Shown here: positions 18,201-30,000 of the stretch, piece after piece
Layout: each line of letters begins with the position of its first letter
How positions within the stretch are numbered: the first letter of the stretch is position 1
From: a virus
Lineage: Duplodnaviria > Caudoviricetes
IMG/VR virus record: IMGVR_UViG_3300014836_000320
Location: 1 to 64,000 of that record
Length of the DNA: 64,000 bases
Strand: one strand, 5' to 3'
Translations under genes and position numbers: made by a program
Notes under the pieces: generated by a model
What the model saw: only the letters and a program-made list of their open reading frames with translations
The model's database searches: none
What the model was told of the DNA's origin: nothing

Positions 18201-18745
18201 ACATTGATACCCCTGTTACCTTGGCCTTCAAAGCACTTGGCGCAACAATAACATGGAAGTCGTCACCTAAGATTGATCAGACCATTGATGTAAACTATCA
18301 GACCTGGGAACTGCAACACACAAACTATCAGCCCAGTGCATTTGGCAATAGAGTTACTCCGGTGATCAGTATCAGTGGCCCCTTTGTCAGCAGAACTACA
18401 GAAGAGGCCACAGAAACACTTATGGCTATTCATGCGCTTCGTTCAGCAACATCCATGTATTACGGACGCGAAGACAAAAACAAAGGAACTCCTCCTCCGG
18501 TGGGTCGATTAAATGCCTATGGACTCTACAACAATACTCCTGTGGTAGTCAAGCAGTTTCAATACAATTACCCCAACGAAGTTGATTATGTCACTGCGCC
18601 AATGTTTGGAGGCAATCAAGCAGTTCCTGTGTTATTTGAAATGACTGTTCAGTTGATTGTTCAAATTCCACCAGTAGAAGCAGTCAAAGAATATTCACTG
18701 GACGCCTTCTACTCAGGTAGCCTATTAGGCAAAGGATACATTTAA
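18197..18745 (+). CDS. Baseplate/tail-tube initiator protein (gp48/gp54-like)
   Basis: KGTPPPVGRLNAYG..NTPVVVKQFQYNYP.EVDY; position in the baseplate operon. Confidence 0.65.
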   Translation: MNIDTPVTLAFKALGATITWKSSPKIDQTIDVNYQTWELQHTNYQPSAFGNRVTPVISISGPFVSRTTEEATETLMAIHALRSATSMYYGREDKNKGTPPPVGRLNAYGLYNNTPVVVKQFQYNYPNEVDYVTAPMFGGNQAVPVLFEMTVQLIVQIPPVEAVKEYSLDAFYSGSLLGKGYI

Positions 18746-19041
18746 TGAACACAGGCAAAGGACTTTACAGCAAAACTTTCATCAAGGATTTTTATCTTGA
18801 TTTGTCAGTAATACCTACCAGCGAAGCCATGGCAGGAGGTAAAAGCCTTGAACGCCATGTGGTGACACCAAAACAACAACACAGACCAGACCTGCTCAGT
18901 TATGACTTGTATGGATCCAGCAATTACTGGTGGACCATAGTGTTACTGAATCGCGATCAACTCAAAGACCCTATTCGTGATCTCAAGGCCGGAACAGTTC
19001 TTAGAGTTGTATCTCCTGGTTCAATCGCAGGAGCAGTATAA
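18745..19041 (+). CDS. Baseplate wedge LysM-like protein (gp53-like)
   Basis: HRPDLLSYDLYGSSNYWW..N..DPI.DLKAG. Confidence 0.85.
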   Translation: MNTGKGLYSKTFIKDFYLDLSVIPTSEAMAGGKSLERHVVTPKQQHRPDLLSYDLYGSSNYWWTIVLLNRDQLKDPIRDLKAGTVLRVVSPGSIAGAV

Positions 19042-21344
19042 TGCCTGTAGGACAAAAGCCTCAACTCAATCTCCCAGGCTTGGGCGAACTTCATTATAAC
19101 CCATTACAACAATATCGCAACGTCACCTACAACGTTCGCCTGTCAATGATGCCAGCCAGTGATGGAAAAATGGCCAGAGAAGCAAGATCTTACAATTACA
19201 AAATTGGTATTGTCATGCTTGAAACAGGCGGCACCGGCAGCGTTAACCTAGAAGAACTGACAATGAAAATGGTTGGTGCCGGCAACCAGACTCCTAACTT
19301 TAACATGGTTCCGCCACACGAAATAAAAATGAAGTTGGTTGAGCCATTGGGCGGAAGATTCATTGAGTCATTGTCTATTGCGGCAATCAAACAAAACTAT
19401 GTCACCAACCCTGATGCAATTTATTTGCTGGAAGTTTGGTTCACAGGCTATGACGATGATGACAATCCAGTGGTTTGCAAAAACTGGGGAGGTGGTCCAT
19501 TGGAATTTAGGTGGTATGTTACAATGACTGAATTAAAAATGCAGTTAGACTATCGCGGCTCTGTGTATGATTTAGAATTTGTTTCTTCAGAAGGCCAAGC
19601 CAACCTTGGTGACTTCATGAGCCTTGAACAAGGATTTAGAATGGTAGGGTCACCTTCAACCATTGGTGAGTTCTGCAAGGAATTAGAAACAGCCTTAAAC
19701 AAACGCGAAGAGGACAAAGTCAAAGCAGGACTTAGAGAGCATCCTCACAAGTATAAAATCACTGCACACAAAGACCTAGTCAATTTAAAGTATGACTACA
19801 GTTTGTTTTCACGAGTAACTACACTTTTTGGCCTGTTTCGAGGAGAAATACAAGTTTCCAATTCCACAAGCATTCCTAGATTCATCACAAATCAAATGCC
19901 AAACAGCAAGGAAGTTTTAAAGTATTTGCATCGTGTTGACGACGGTAAAAAACTATACAACGTGCCTGACACCAAGCCTAACACAATCAACAAACCAACA
20001 AGAAACATTGTGTGTATTGCAGGATCCAAGTTCCAAGAACAGGGTTCTGGTTATCTATTTGACACAAAATTAAATGCGCCTGCACAAGAAATAAACTTTT
20101 TTGTCTACGCAAGAACGGACAGTAAATCTTTTATCAGTCCTCAAGAATATATTGATGCCTACGAGGCCAGTCAACGCAATGGCCGTGTTCAAGTATGGCT
20201 TGATCAAGGCCTGCTCAGAAAAGCCTACAAGTGGATCTATACCGGAGAAAACACAGAAGTCATCAATGCTGAATTAAAAATTGACAATCTTTGGCGAGCA
20301 GTTAGACCTCTTTGGATTGACACAGAAAGCGGCAAAATTATTGCACCAGGCGCCTCAACTGCTCCTGCACAACAACGTCCACCTGGTCAAAGAGAAACTC
20401 CTCCAACATCTAATCAGGCAAGACAACCTCAACCCAATACTTGGGCCGCCGCTGGTCAAACTCTTTATGCAGAGGATCTGCCAGCACGGCCAGGCAAGCC
20501 CGAAGACAATCCGCATATCAGATGGAGACCACAATTTTATCATGCCAACACAGCAGTCCAGCAGTCTGGAACGCAGTCAACAGTTTCAGAAGAAAACGCA
20601 CACGAATACAGCATCTTTAAACAGATTCATGGACAAGTGGGTGCAGGTTCACAAGACATGGTGAATCTAGATCTAGACGTGGTTGGAGACCCATACTTCT
20701 TGATGCAGGAACCATCTGAGTCAGGCAAAAGTCCGTGGCAGGACGATGTTTGGTGGTTTGAAAAGAATTATGTGTCGGAAGAACAACTCAAAGATAAACG
20801 CAAATATACTGCCACAAGAACCAATCAACCTTATATTTGGTTTGAAGCGCAAGTGCCAGCCGCTGATTTAAATGATCAGGATCTTATGAATCTAAGACCT
20901 GCAGATGCCATAACAGGAATTTACTGTGTCAAGGAAGTGGCACACACTTTCCAAAAGGGCAAGTTTGTTACCAAACTCTCAACATTTAGAGAAGTGCTGG
21001 CTAATCCTTACGATGTGAGAAGTCCACGCAGTTCTAGTTCCATAGCCAACTCTGGCGGCCAAGCCAACAACGGAGCAGGCCAAGCATCTGCCATGGGCCC
21101 CAATAGTGCTTGGGTCCAGAACGGTGGTGGCCAAACACCATTGGTTGATCCCAACAACCCCAGTGCAGGTGGTGGTGCCGCCACAGGTAACCCAAATCTT
21201 GCACGTCAAGGCGACCGTGTCAGAGAAAATCAACGCAGACGTCGCGAAGAAGCCGAACGCGAAAGACAACAACGCCGCAACAGACAAAATGGCACGAACA
21301 GTTCTGGATCTGCTCCTGGCATTGGCGATATCATTGCGCCCTAA
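19041..21344 (+). CDS. Baseplate hub protein (gp27-like)
   Basis: LDVVGDPYFL, GIYCVKEVAHTF..GKFVTKL motifs; precedes the spike gene. Confidence 0.7.
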   Translation: MPVGQKPQLNLPGLGELHYNPLQQYRNVTYNVRLSMMPASDGKMAREARSYNYKIGIVMLETGGTGSVNLEELTMKMVGAGNQTPNFNMVPPHEIKMKLVEPLGGRFIESLSIAAIKQNYVTNPDAIYLLEVWFTGYDDDDNPVVCKNWGGGPLEFRWYVTMTELKMQLDYRGSVYDLEFVSSEGQANLGDFMSLEQGFRMVGSPSTIGEFCKELETALNKREEDKVKAGLREHPHKYKITAHKDLVNLKYDYSLFSRVTTLFGLFRGEIQVSNSTSIPRFITNQMPNSKEVLKYLHRVDDGKKLYNVPDTKPNTINKPTRNIVCIAGSKFQEQGSGYLFDTKLNAPAQEINFFVYARTDSKSFISPQEYIDAYEASQRNGRVQVWLDQGLLRKAYKWIYTGENTEVINAELKIDNLWRAVRPLWIDTESGKIIAPGASTAPAQQRPPGQRETPPTSNQARQPQPNTWAAAGQTLYAEDLPARPGKPEDNPHIRWRPQFYHANTAVQQSGTQSTVSEENAHEYSIFKQIHGQVGAGSQDMVNLDLDVVGDPYFLMQEPSESGKSPWQDDVWWFEKNYVSEEQLKDKRKYTATRTNQPYIWFEAQVPAADLNDQDLMNLRPADAITGIYCVKEVAHTFQKGKFVTKLSTFREVLANPYDVRSPRSSSSIANSGGQANNGAGQASAMGPNSAWVQNGGGQTPLVDPNNPSAGGGAATGNPNLARQGDRVRENQRRRREEAERERQQRRNRQNGTNSSGSAPGIGDIIAP

Positions 21345-21353
21345 GGAAATAAT

Positions 21354-23501
21354 ATGAGAGTCAACGCCACAGGAGCAACACCAGCACATCAACAAGGTTC
21401 TGCCAACAGCGGAAAATACAACGGAATCTACATGGGTAAAATCAAAGAAACCCATGATCCTCAAGGACTAGGACGTCTAAGAGTTTGGATTTCACAACTA
21501 AGCAATGCCAATGAAAGCGACCCGCGGGGTTGGTTTACCATGCGTTATTGCCCTCCCTTTGCCGGTGCCACAGATACCAAAGAAGAAGCCACTGCTCGAG
21601 ATGCAAAGACTTATCCACAAACCAATCAAAGTTATGGCGTGTGGATGATCCCTCCAACAAAAAATGTCTCAGTGATTTGCGGGTTCCTCAACGGCGATGT
21701 CAATCAAGGCATCTGGTGGGCATGCTTGCCGCCTGACGGTCACACCCACTCATTGCCAGGCATATCATCTGGTTCCACTCATGACAAAACAGTCAAGCCT
21801 GTGGCCGAACGCAACAGATTTAATACTGCTGATCCACAGGCTGAAAATCGTCCTGAACATCCTGCAAGTTTTAGAATCAGTGGCCAAGGACTAGACAAAG
21901 ATCTACGACGTGGTCACACCAATGCTGGTCCTTTTAGAGCCAAAGACAAACATCCAGGTCTAGCCTATGGTATCTTGAGCCCAGGCCAACACAGCATCAT
22001 GCTTGATGACGGTGACGATGGTATTAGTGGTGCCATACGTCTAAGAACTTTTACCGGTCATCAAATTGTCATGCACGAAGAAGGCGGGTTCATACATGTA
22101 ATCAACGCCAAAGGAACTGCTTGGTTCCAACTTGACACAGATGGCAACATTGACTTTTATGCAGCCGGAGACTTTTCAGTTAACGCTGAAAAAAATATCA
22201 ACTTCCGTGCCGGTGACAACTTTAACTTTGATGCTGGCAACAATGTCAATGGTGTATCTAGAAATAACATGCACATTGAAGCCTGTGAGGTCATGCACTT
22301 GACAGGTGTCAACGGACAGAGATTTACATCAAGACTAAACACCGACATCTACAGTTCTGCCAGCATGAAATTGTCAGCCAACAGAATTGACCTAAACGGC
22401 CCTGTGGCCGCTGAAGCAGAACTACCGGGCGAAAACAGTTTAATAACCAACTCTACAGTTGGACGTAGCGTGGCCGGGCGTGTGCCTGAGCGCGAACCCT
22501 GGGGCGGTCACTCAGCAAGAAATGGTGGAGAACCCATCACAACTCCTGCAGGTGTTGTTGATCCTACTCTAGGGAATCAACAAATAACTCCAGCGGCATC
22601 AAGTCATGAAGAATTGCCACCGCCAGAAACGTCTGATGCTGTTACTTGTGTTCCTGAAGTTAACATTGATTCAATTGTCATGAGTGATACTGCCTTCAAC
22701 ATGATGAAAAGTCGTGAAGCCTACCGTGGCATGATGTATAGTGACTTCCAGGGTTATAGTGTAGGTTATGGAACGCGAGTTGATATTTTTGGCCCTAGTA
22801 ATCCAGCCAGTAAAATTGATGACAATTTAAAACAAGCATTGATCAATGGACCCAGCGAAGCCGAAGCACGTCAGGCCAGCAGACAAATCATCGATAGGCA
22901 CATTACTCCTCCGTTGAGAGCAAGATTAAAATCTGCCATGGCTGGTAAAAATGTCTGTATTACACAAAGCCAGTTTGATGGGTTGTGCATGGCCGCTTAC
23001 GGTAATCCACAGTCGGCGTATCAAATGACCGATCAATTGGTTGAAGCCGGTGCCAAGGCCCCTGACGGTAAGCCTCCCAGAGCAGACATTGCTAGAATTT
23101 GGGCCAACTCGGTAAGTGCCAATGCCAATCAGCGCAACGCAGAAGCACAATTTGTCATGACCGGAGAAGTGCCATCCAGCGTTAGGATAAGAACACCCGA
23201 GCAGTTGATGCGTGACGGTATTGAATCAGATCGTCAAGCCGTGGCCAATGCCCGTGCAAGAAATCCAGCATATCCTTGGAAAAGTTCTTTGGGAAATGGT
23301 CCTCAAACTGGGCAACGTGTGGATGCCGCATATGGTCGTCCAACCCCTACTCAGTTAGCACAATGGGAACGCAGTTACTATCTTAACACAGGGCAACAAG
23401 CACCAGGAACCACGTTGACCACACAGCAACTGGCGGCCAAACATGGTAGTTCGCACCAAGGCGCCAATAACCCACCCAATCAGCCTACACAGACCGCTTG
23501 A
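21354..23501 (+). CDS. Baseplate central spike (gp5/VgrG-like) with C-terminal lysozyme-like domain
   Basis: OB fold (DPQGLGRLRVWI), beta-helix repeats, PEREPWGGH, then SREAY..YSDF.GYSVGYG and TQSQFDGL (GH24-like). Confidence 0.8.
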   Translation: MRVNATGATPAHQQGSANSGKYNGIYMGKIKETHDPQGLGRLRVWISQLSNANESDPRGWFTMRYCPPFAGATDTKEEATARDAKTYPQTNQSYGVWMIPPTKNVSVICGFLNGDVNQGIWWACLPPDGHTHSLPGISSGSTHDKTVKPVAERNRFNTADPQAENRPEHPASFRISGQGLDKDLRRGHTNAGPFRAKDKHPGLAYGILSPGQHSIMLDDGDDGISGAIRLRTFTGHQIVMHEEGGFIHVINAKGTAWFQLDTDGNIDFYAAGDFSVNAEKNINFRAGDNFNFDAGNNVNGVSRNNMHIEACEVMHLTGVNGQRFTSRLNTDIYSSASMKLSANRIDLNGPVAAEAELPGENSLITNSTVGRSVAGRVPEREPWGGHSARNGGEPITTPAGVVDPTLGNQQITPAASSHEELPPPETSDAVTCVPEVNIDSIVMSDTAFNMMKSREAYRGMMYSDFQGYSVGYGTRVDIFGPSNPASKIDDNLKQALINGPSEAEARQASRQIIDRHITPPLRARLKSAMAGKNVCITQSQFDGLCMAAYGNPQSAYQMTDQLVEAGAKAPDGKPPRADIARIWANSVSANANQRNAEAQFVMTGEVPSSVRIRTPEQLMRDGIESDRQAVANARARNPAYPWKSSLGNGPQTGQRVDAAYGRPTPTQLAQWERSYYLNTGQQAPGTTLTTQQLAAKHGSSHQGANNPPNQPTQTA

Positions 23502-23538
23502 TATAACCCAGTATTATCAGTGGTGGTAAATAGGCGTT

Positions 23539-23919
23539 ATGCCACGTGTAATATCAAAATTTCGAGGATACAGTAGCGTAGGGACTACATTTCTTAGTCC
23601 TGTTCGCTATGACCTAGATCTTGCTAGACAAGACCTAGTAAATCAATTTAATACACGATTGGGCGAACGTGTAATGTTGCCAAAATTTGGCACAATAATC
23701 TGGGATCTGTTATTTGATCCCTTAGACGAATCGCTTATAAAACTCATCCGAGATGATGTGGTCCGTATCATTAACGAAGACCCACGATGGAGACTGATAT
23801 CAGTTGATGTTTCAGAAGGACCCAACGCTTTAGACATAAGAATACTTGTCAACTATCGTCCCAGTGATGAAACTATTACGTTGCCATTGACCTACGACAA
23901 AGGAACTAAAACAGAATGA
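23539..23919 (+). CDS. gp25: Baseplate wedge protein, gp25-like
   Basis: FNTRLGERVMLPKFGTIIWDLLFDP..EDPR. Confidence 0.9.
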   Translation: MPRVISKFRGYSSVGTTFLSPVRYDLDLARQDLVNQFNTRLGERVMLPKFGTIIWDLLFDPLDESLIKLIRDDVVRIINEDPRWRLISVDVSEGPNALDIRILVNYRPSDETITLPLTYDKGTKTE

Positions 23920-26900
23920 GCCAAACTAAACGCTTGAGCCAATTGTTTGCCGCAGAAAGTTGGCTCAACAATTATCGTTATCTAGTAAATGCTGACTTCA
24001 AGTCCTATGACTTTGAAAGTCTCAGGGAAGCATTGCTGAACTACATCCAGGTAAACTATCCTGAAGACTTCAACGATTTCATCAATTCCAGTGAATATGT
24101 GGCTTTGGTTGACTTGATCAGTTATTTGGGTCAAAATTTGGCTTTCCGTGCGGATCTTAATCTCCGCGAAACATTTCTAGAAACTGCCGAAGTTCGTGAC
24201 AACATCCTAAACAATGCAAGACAGTTGGGCTACAAGCCTTTCCGTAATACTGCGGCTCGAGGATTTTTGCGTATTGAAGCAATTTCTACAACACAAAACT
24301 TATACGACAGCAAAGGTCAAAACTTGTCTGGGCAGACCATAGTATGGGCAGACTCTGCAAATCCAGACTTCAACGAACAATTTTCATTGATTCTCAATGA
24401 GGTTTTCAACAAGAACAATCCTGTTGGCCGCCCAGTGTCAAGTCTAATCAGCAATGGTGTGTCACGTCAACTCTATGAGTTTGATCAACCTGACAACAGA
24501 ACAATGGTAGCATCATTTGATGCATCAGCAAAAAACAACAACACCTACAGTTGTGAAGTTGTGCCAATGATGTTAAACACAGAAACTGGCCTAATTGAAG
24601 AAAAGTCTCCTAATCCCTATGGCTACATGACCATGTTGTTCAACAACGACGGAACAGGATATTCCAACACCAGCAACGGTTGGTTCTTTTTATTCACTCA
24701 AGGCATTATGCGTTATGTAGATTATAGTTTGCCAACTAGAATTGAAAACCGAGTCATTGATGTTGATGCCTTCAACGTCAACGAAACTGATGTTTGGGTT
24801 CAAAGCATTGACGGCCAAGGCCGCGTAATCAAGCAATGGAAACAGGTATCTGCTATTGCAGGAAAAAATGTCATCTTCAACAATGTTGAAAAAGATGAAC
24901 GAGATATTTTTGAAGTAGTGACCCGCGGCAATGATGCAATCAGTATCAAGTTTGGTGATGGTAGTTTTGGAAACATACCCACAGACAATCTACGCATTTG
25001 GTATAGACAAAGTGCCAACGCAAACATTTCAATTTCTGGCATTGATGTAGAAGGTCTACAAATTCCAATCCGCTACATTGACGCAGACGGATTTACACAA
25101 GATGTAATTTTTACACTGGGCCTAAACCAGGATGCTGTGGGCCTTGCCAACGAAACAATATCTCAGATTAAAAATCGTGCCAGTAGAACTGCTGCCAGTC
25201 AAGATCGCATGATCACTGCCAGTGACTACAATACCTATCCAGAAGGAAAAGTAGCAGGCGTTGAAAAAATCAAAGCAATCAATCGTGTTCATGCTGGTCA
25301 AAGTGTTTTTGCTGACATCAACGATCCCACAGCAACATATCGCCCAGTGATTGTTTTGGCCGACGATGCTTTTGTTTATTCATCACAAGACATAGGCGAG
25401 GATACTGTTTCAGATGACCTAGGAACACTACAAGTTTTTAAATGGTTGGAAAATGCTTTGCTACAAAGATCACTGCATCAGTTCTATTATAGAAATTTCT
25501 CAACCATTCCTGCTCCAAATGGACTACAGTGGCGTTTAGTTGATACTGTGGTAGGAGCCAGCCACGGATTCTTTACCTTAGATGGAACTACACCAATTCG
25601 TGTTGGCAGAGGAACCACAGATCAAAAATTAAGAACTATTAGAAAGAATACATTATTCAAAGCCAATGATGGGTCATGGCATCGTATCTTGGACATTTAT
25701 CGAGAAGGTTTTGGTGTAAGTCGCAACGACGGGACCAACACTGGTGTCCGCGCCAATGGAGAAGGAGCAGTATTTATTTCTGGAATCCAGGAATCTGCGT
25801 CTATGGTTGAATGGTTCCCGTCATTGAGAACAAACTTCAATCCCAATGAACGACAGTTGATTCAACAGATAATCAAAGATCAGTTGAACTTTGGTCTACG
25901 CTACGATCAAACAACAGACAGTTGGAAAATCATCAATGCAGATGATTTGGTTGAAGAAGGCGAATTTGCAAACATAACAGGAAGAAACTGGCTGATACGA
26001 TTGAAGCACGATTCCAGCAACAACTCGTGGATCTATACCTTTAGAAAAGATGTTGTGGTATTTGGTAGTGAAGGTCAGTTGTCATTCCACAATCAAAGAT
26101 TTGGCACAGCACTTGACCAAGTGACACGCCGAGTCCTCAAAGACAGCGTTGAAATTTTAAAAACCAATGTTGGTGTCACTGACAAACTGGTCTTTGACGT
26201 GGCAGATTACATCGTGCTAGATGATGCACGTTATGATCCTAAACGTGTGCAATTGTGGTTGCCAGGATTGTCAGAGAACCTAGTGCCAGAAGATCCGCGG
26301 CTATTTGACAAATTGTTTGGCAATTCAAAGATCAATTTAAAAACAGTGGAATTTGCCGATGCATTGGGTCAGTTTACAGTTCAACCAGTTGCCGACGATG
26401 ATAGGATCACAGTTCCAGTCAAAGAAGATGTAACAGGCAAGAAACAATTGAAAGTTCAATACAATCATGTGCCGTTGCGTGACAATCGTGTCAACGCCGC
26501 AACTACCAACATCATTGACATGTTTGTATTGACCACTGAATACAATATCTTGTTTAGAAACTGGATCGCTGGGGGTCTCAAAGGAACAATGCCGTTGGCA
26601 TTGACCACATTTGAATTGGAACAGTTGATGCAGACTATTGTTCCTTTCAAGAGTGTCAGCGACACAATTGTTTTCCACCCAACCAAATACAAGGTTATTT
26701 TTGGCAACGGTGCAAAAAGCAAGGATCAAGCAATTATTCGTGTAACAAAAAGTGATGGCACAAAGGTCAGCAATGCAGAGATTCGCAGTCTTGTAGTTTC
26801 TGCCATCAATGAATACTTTAGTGTTGACAATTGGGACTTTGGTGAAAGTTTTTACTTTACTGATATGGCATCCTGGGTTCATAGACGACTCGCAGGGGTG

Positions 26901-27059
26901 ATCAGCAGTATTGTCCTGATTCCAAAACAATCTAATTCAAGTCTAAATCATTTTTTCCAAATCAAATGTGAGGAAGATGAGTTGTTAATTAGTAGTGCAA
27001 TTGTGTCTGACGTTGAAGTGATCACGACACAACAAGCACCATTACCAAATAAGATCTAA
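23916..27059 (+). CDS. gp6: Baseplate wedge protein, gp6-like
   Basis: DFKSYDFESLR..YPEDFND..SSEY, IKFGDG.FG.IP, QDRMITASDY. Confidence 0.85.
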   Translation: MSQTKRLSQLFAAESWLNNYRYLVNADFKSYDFESLREALLNYIQVNYPEDFNDFINSSEYVALVDLISYLGQNLAFRADLNLRETFLETAEVRDNILNNARQLGYKPFRNTAARGFLRIEAISTTQNLYDSKGQNLSGQTIVWADSANPDFNEQFSLILNEVFNKNNPVGRPVSSLISNGVSRQLYEFDQPDNRTMVASFDASAKNNNTYSCEVVPMMLNTETGLIEEKSPNPYGYMTMLFNNDGTGYSNTSNGWFFLFTQGIMRYVDYSLPTRIENRVIDVDAFNVNETDVWVQSIDGQGRVIKQWKQVSAIAGKNVIFNNVEKDERDIFEVVTRGNDAISIKFGDGSFGNIPTDNLRIWYRQSANANISISGIDVEGLQIPIRYIDADGFTQDVIFTLGLNQDAVGLANETISQIKNRASRTAASQDRMITASDYNTYPEGKVAGVEKIKAINRVHAGQSVFADINDPTATYRPVIVLADDAFVYSSQDIGEDTVSDDLGTLQVFKWLENALLQRSLHQFYYRNFSTIPAPNGLQWRLVDTVVGASHGFFTLDGTTPIRVGRGTTDQKLRTIRKNTLFKANDGSWHRILDIYREGFGVSRNDGTNTGVRANGEGAVFISGIQESASMVEWFPSLRTNFNPNERQLIQQIIKDQLNFGLRYDQTTDSWKIINADDLVEEGEFANITGRNWLIRLKHDSSNNSWIYTFRKDVVVFGSEGQLSFHNQRFGTALDQVTRRVLKDSVEILKTNVGVTDKLVFDVADYIVLDDARYDPKRVQLWLPGLSENLVPEDPRLFDKLFGNSKINLKTVEFADALGQFTVQPVADDDRITVPVKEDVTGKKQLKVQYNHVPLRDNRVNAATTNIIDMFVLTTEYNILFRNWIAGGLKGTMPLALTTFELEQLMQTIVPFKSVSDTIVFHPTKYKVIFGNGAKSKDQAIIRVTKSDGTKVSNAEIRSLVVSAINEYFSVDNWDFGESFYFTDMASWVHRRLAGVISSIVLIPKQSNSSLNHFFQIKCEEDELLISSAIVSDVEVITTQQAPLPNKI

Positions 27060-27062
27060 GAG

Positions 27063-30000
27063 ATGCAGAAAGATCCAAAACAATTTACAGGACAAGTTCC
27101 AGAAAATAACACTTACCCTGGCCAGCGTAAAGAAGGGCGTGTTGCACCATTGGCCATTGATTTGTTGCCATTGGTATTTAGAACAGATACAAACAAGAAA
27201 ATCTTTGGCGCCGCACTGGAAGACATGTTCCAGCCTTCGTCTATTGAAAACGTAAACTATGCAGTTGGTCAGCCATCTGGTAATGCTGGCATATCACAGG
27301 AATTCTTGCCAAGGAAAAATAGCCGCAGACAATTTGAAACTGGTCTTCTAGTCCAAGATTCAACCGGCACACGAGTTTTAACAGCCGATGACATTGCATT
27401 GAGCCAAGGCTTTTCTGATCAGCATCTCAATGAAAAACAAGTTCCAGTCAGTGTGTTAGATTTGCCAATCAATCCTGACAAGTTTGTCAATTGGAGCAAC
27501 TACTATTGGCTTGAAGAAGGAATGCCAACACTTTATATTGTTGGAACTTCATTGGAAGATGGCGGTGTTATCAGCATTGTCAACGACATCATTGGCAAAA
27601 AGAACTACACAATACCAACTCAAACCAATGGTCGAAGTGTTGAATTAAAAAATGGAATGCGTGTTGTATTCCAGAAAACTTACCCTAATAGAAACAACAT
27701 TGACGGCAACACATCTGAGCAACATGTTGCTGACGGGTCAAATCAACTGGACTTCCAGCATGAAATGACTCAACAATACAATAAGAGCAAGATTTCCATA
27801 TATGTAGACGGAGTATTAAAAACAGTCAACACTGATTATGCCTACACACTTGGCAGCATTATCTGGAGAGAAGGTAGTATTCCAGCCGCTGGTGCAGTGG
27901 TAGACATTGATCTACCAGACTACTGGGTCACTGAAGAAACTATACCACCAGAGCAACCAAAAATGGATCGCCGTTGGCAAGTGGAAGGCGTAGGCAGTCC
28001 CAGCGGCATTAGATTGCTTCCAAGATCACATCAAACAACAACCACAGTTTACAGTTCAACCATTCAGAGTCTATGGGATCAAACAACTATTCCTTGGGAT
28101 AGAATTGAATGGGACGGTGACATTCCTGGCATTAACAAAAAACATTATGTGCTACAGAACACAGGCGCCAGCAATCGATCAGCGTTCAGCCGTGTCAACG
28201 TTTGGATCCATAGAGATACAATCTTAACGGTTTGTAACTACCTCAACATAAAAACTGAAGAACTCATTGACGACCGTAAACGTGCATTGAGGCCAATTTT
28301 AGAGTTTGATCACAGACTTGAGTTGTTCAATCACGGCACAAAATTTAGACATTGGGTTGACGCTGTGGTTGACAGTAGATTTTCAATCATTCCTGTGAAT
28401 CCAGGATCTATTGGTCCATTTACATTGATTGGTCAACCATTGACCAAACTATTAGTTTATACATGCTTCAATGCAATTAGCAGTCAGTCTAATGCTATAA
28501 CTGCGCGAGCAGTATTGGATAAACTGGCCCTGGCACTAGACAACAACGATGACGAAGCATTAAACGAATTTGCCTTGGGTTTTGAAGCCAACGATAGAAC
28601 ACTGGTCATTGAAACATTGTTGAATATCAAAACAATTTTGAGAAATGTTCGCCAAGGAAAACTTTCAAATGTTCAGCGACGTGTGCTGTGGATCATTGAA
28701 GGTGCTTGGCAAAACAAGATCATTACTTTTAAAACCAACGACGACAACATTGTAGTGGGCTTTGAAGTTGAATCAGCCAATGACGGTGATGCCACTGTGG
28801 TGTTGCCAGGCAGCGGATTTGAATCAATGATGGAATATCAATGGATCAACGGTCAAGTTGTTCCAGCACAGACTCGATTGACACCTGTTCAGAAGCCTTT
28901 GTATAACATATACACTCGAGACCAACTGTCAATGACAGAGTGGTATCAAGTAAATGGAGTTAAGCCTACCAAGTTAAACTCAACAATTATTGAGTTTCTG
29001 GAAGAAGATGATCCCATTGACACCGAATCTGGCTACAAACTTTCGTTCTTGGCCAGCAAATTTAAGTCATTGGATCCTAATACTCCAGCGGCCAATCCCA
29101 TGTATGATATTCAATTTAAACATACGTTGCAGGATAAAATTTACTATCTAACTTCTGCTGTCACAGACAAAGAAATTCCTGGCCCTTATAGTTTTAGACG
29201 ATTGCAATCTGTGATCACCGAACAAGAGCAATCAGTCAATGAAGGATTGAGTTTTGGATATAGACGTGCGTGGTTTAGGCTACGCAGTTGGGTAATCAAT
29301 ACTCACAGCCTCGACAAGCACATTGTGGGATCAGTATCTCGCATTGCCATTGATGCTCATGCGTGGCCTACCTATGAATGGAATATTTGTTATGAAAATA
29401 ACATGCCAATGGTTTGCCACAGTGACAACCTTGAATACGCAGTTGAAAATTTAGTTGTGGCAGGCCGCGGCGAGAACCTAAAACTCAATACCATTGGTGT
29501 TAACACCATTGACATTTTTAACAAGAATACGCAGACAAATGTAATGTCTGGAAGCACCAACGGCCATGGTCAAATAACAGTATTCATTCCTGCTGACATT
29601 GAAGCAGGTTTTTATGAACTACACTTCAATGGTGAAACAAAAGTCAACCTATTGATAATTGATCCTGCGGCTGATCCTAGAGCACCAGCAATCAAAGTCA
29701 ATGGTATTGATGACACCAACTACAGTTTTATTGTTGGCAGAGGAATTGACAATTACGCAACTAACTTGACAATTGAATTTAACAGCATCAGCGGTATCGC
29801 TGAAATCAAGCACCAAGGCGAGTTTACCAGCAAATCAGATCATGCCACTGCTATTCCAGGGATTGAACTCAATCCCCTACAGATAGTAGAACTTGGCACG
29901 TTCACACCCAGTCGTTTGGTCAAAGGCATGCAAAGAACAATTAAAGCCAATGACATTCAAGAAAACTTAATTTGGACGTTGAGTCCACAGATTCCTGCAC

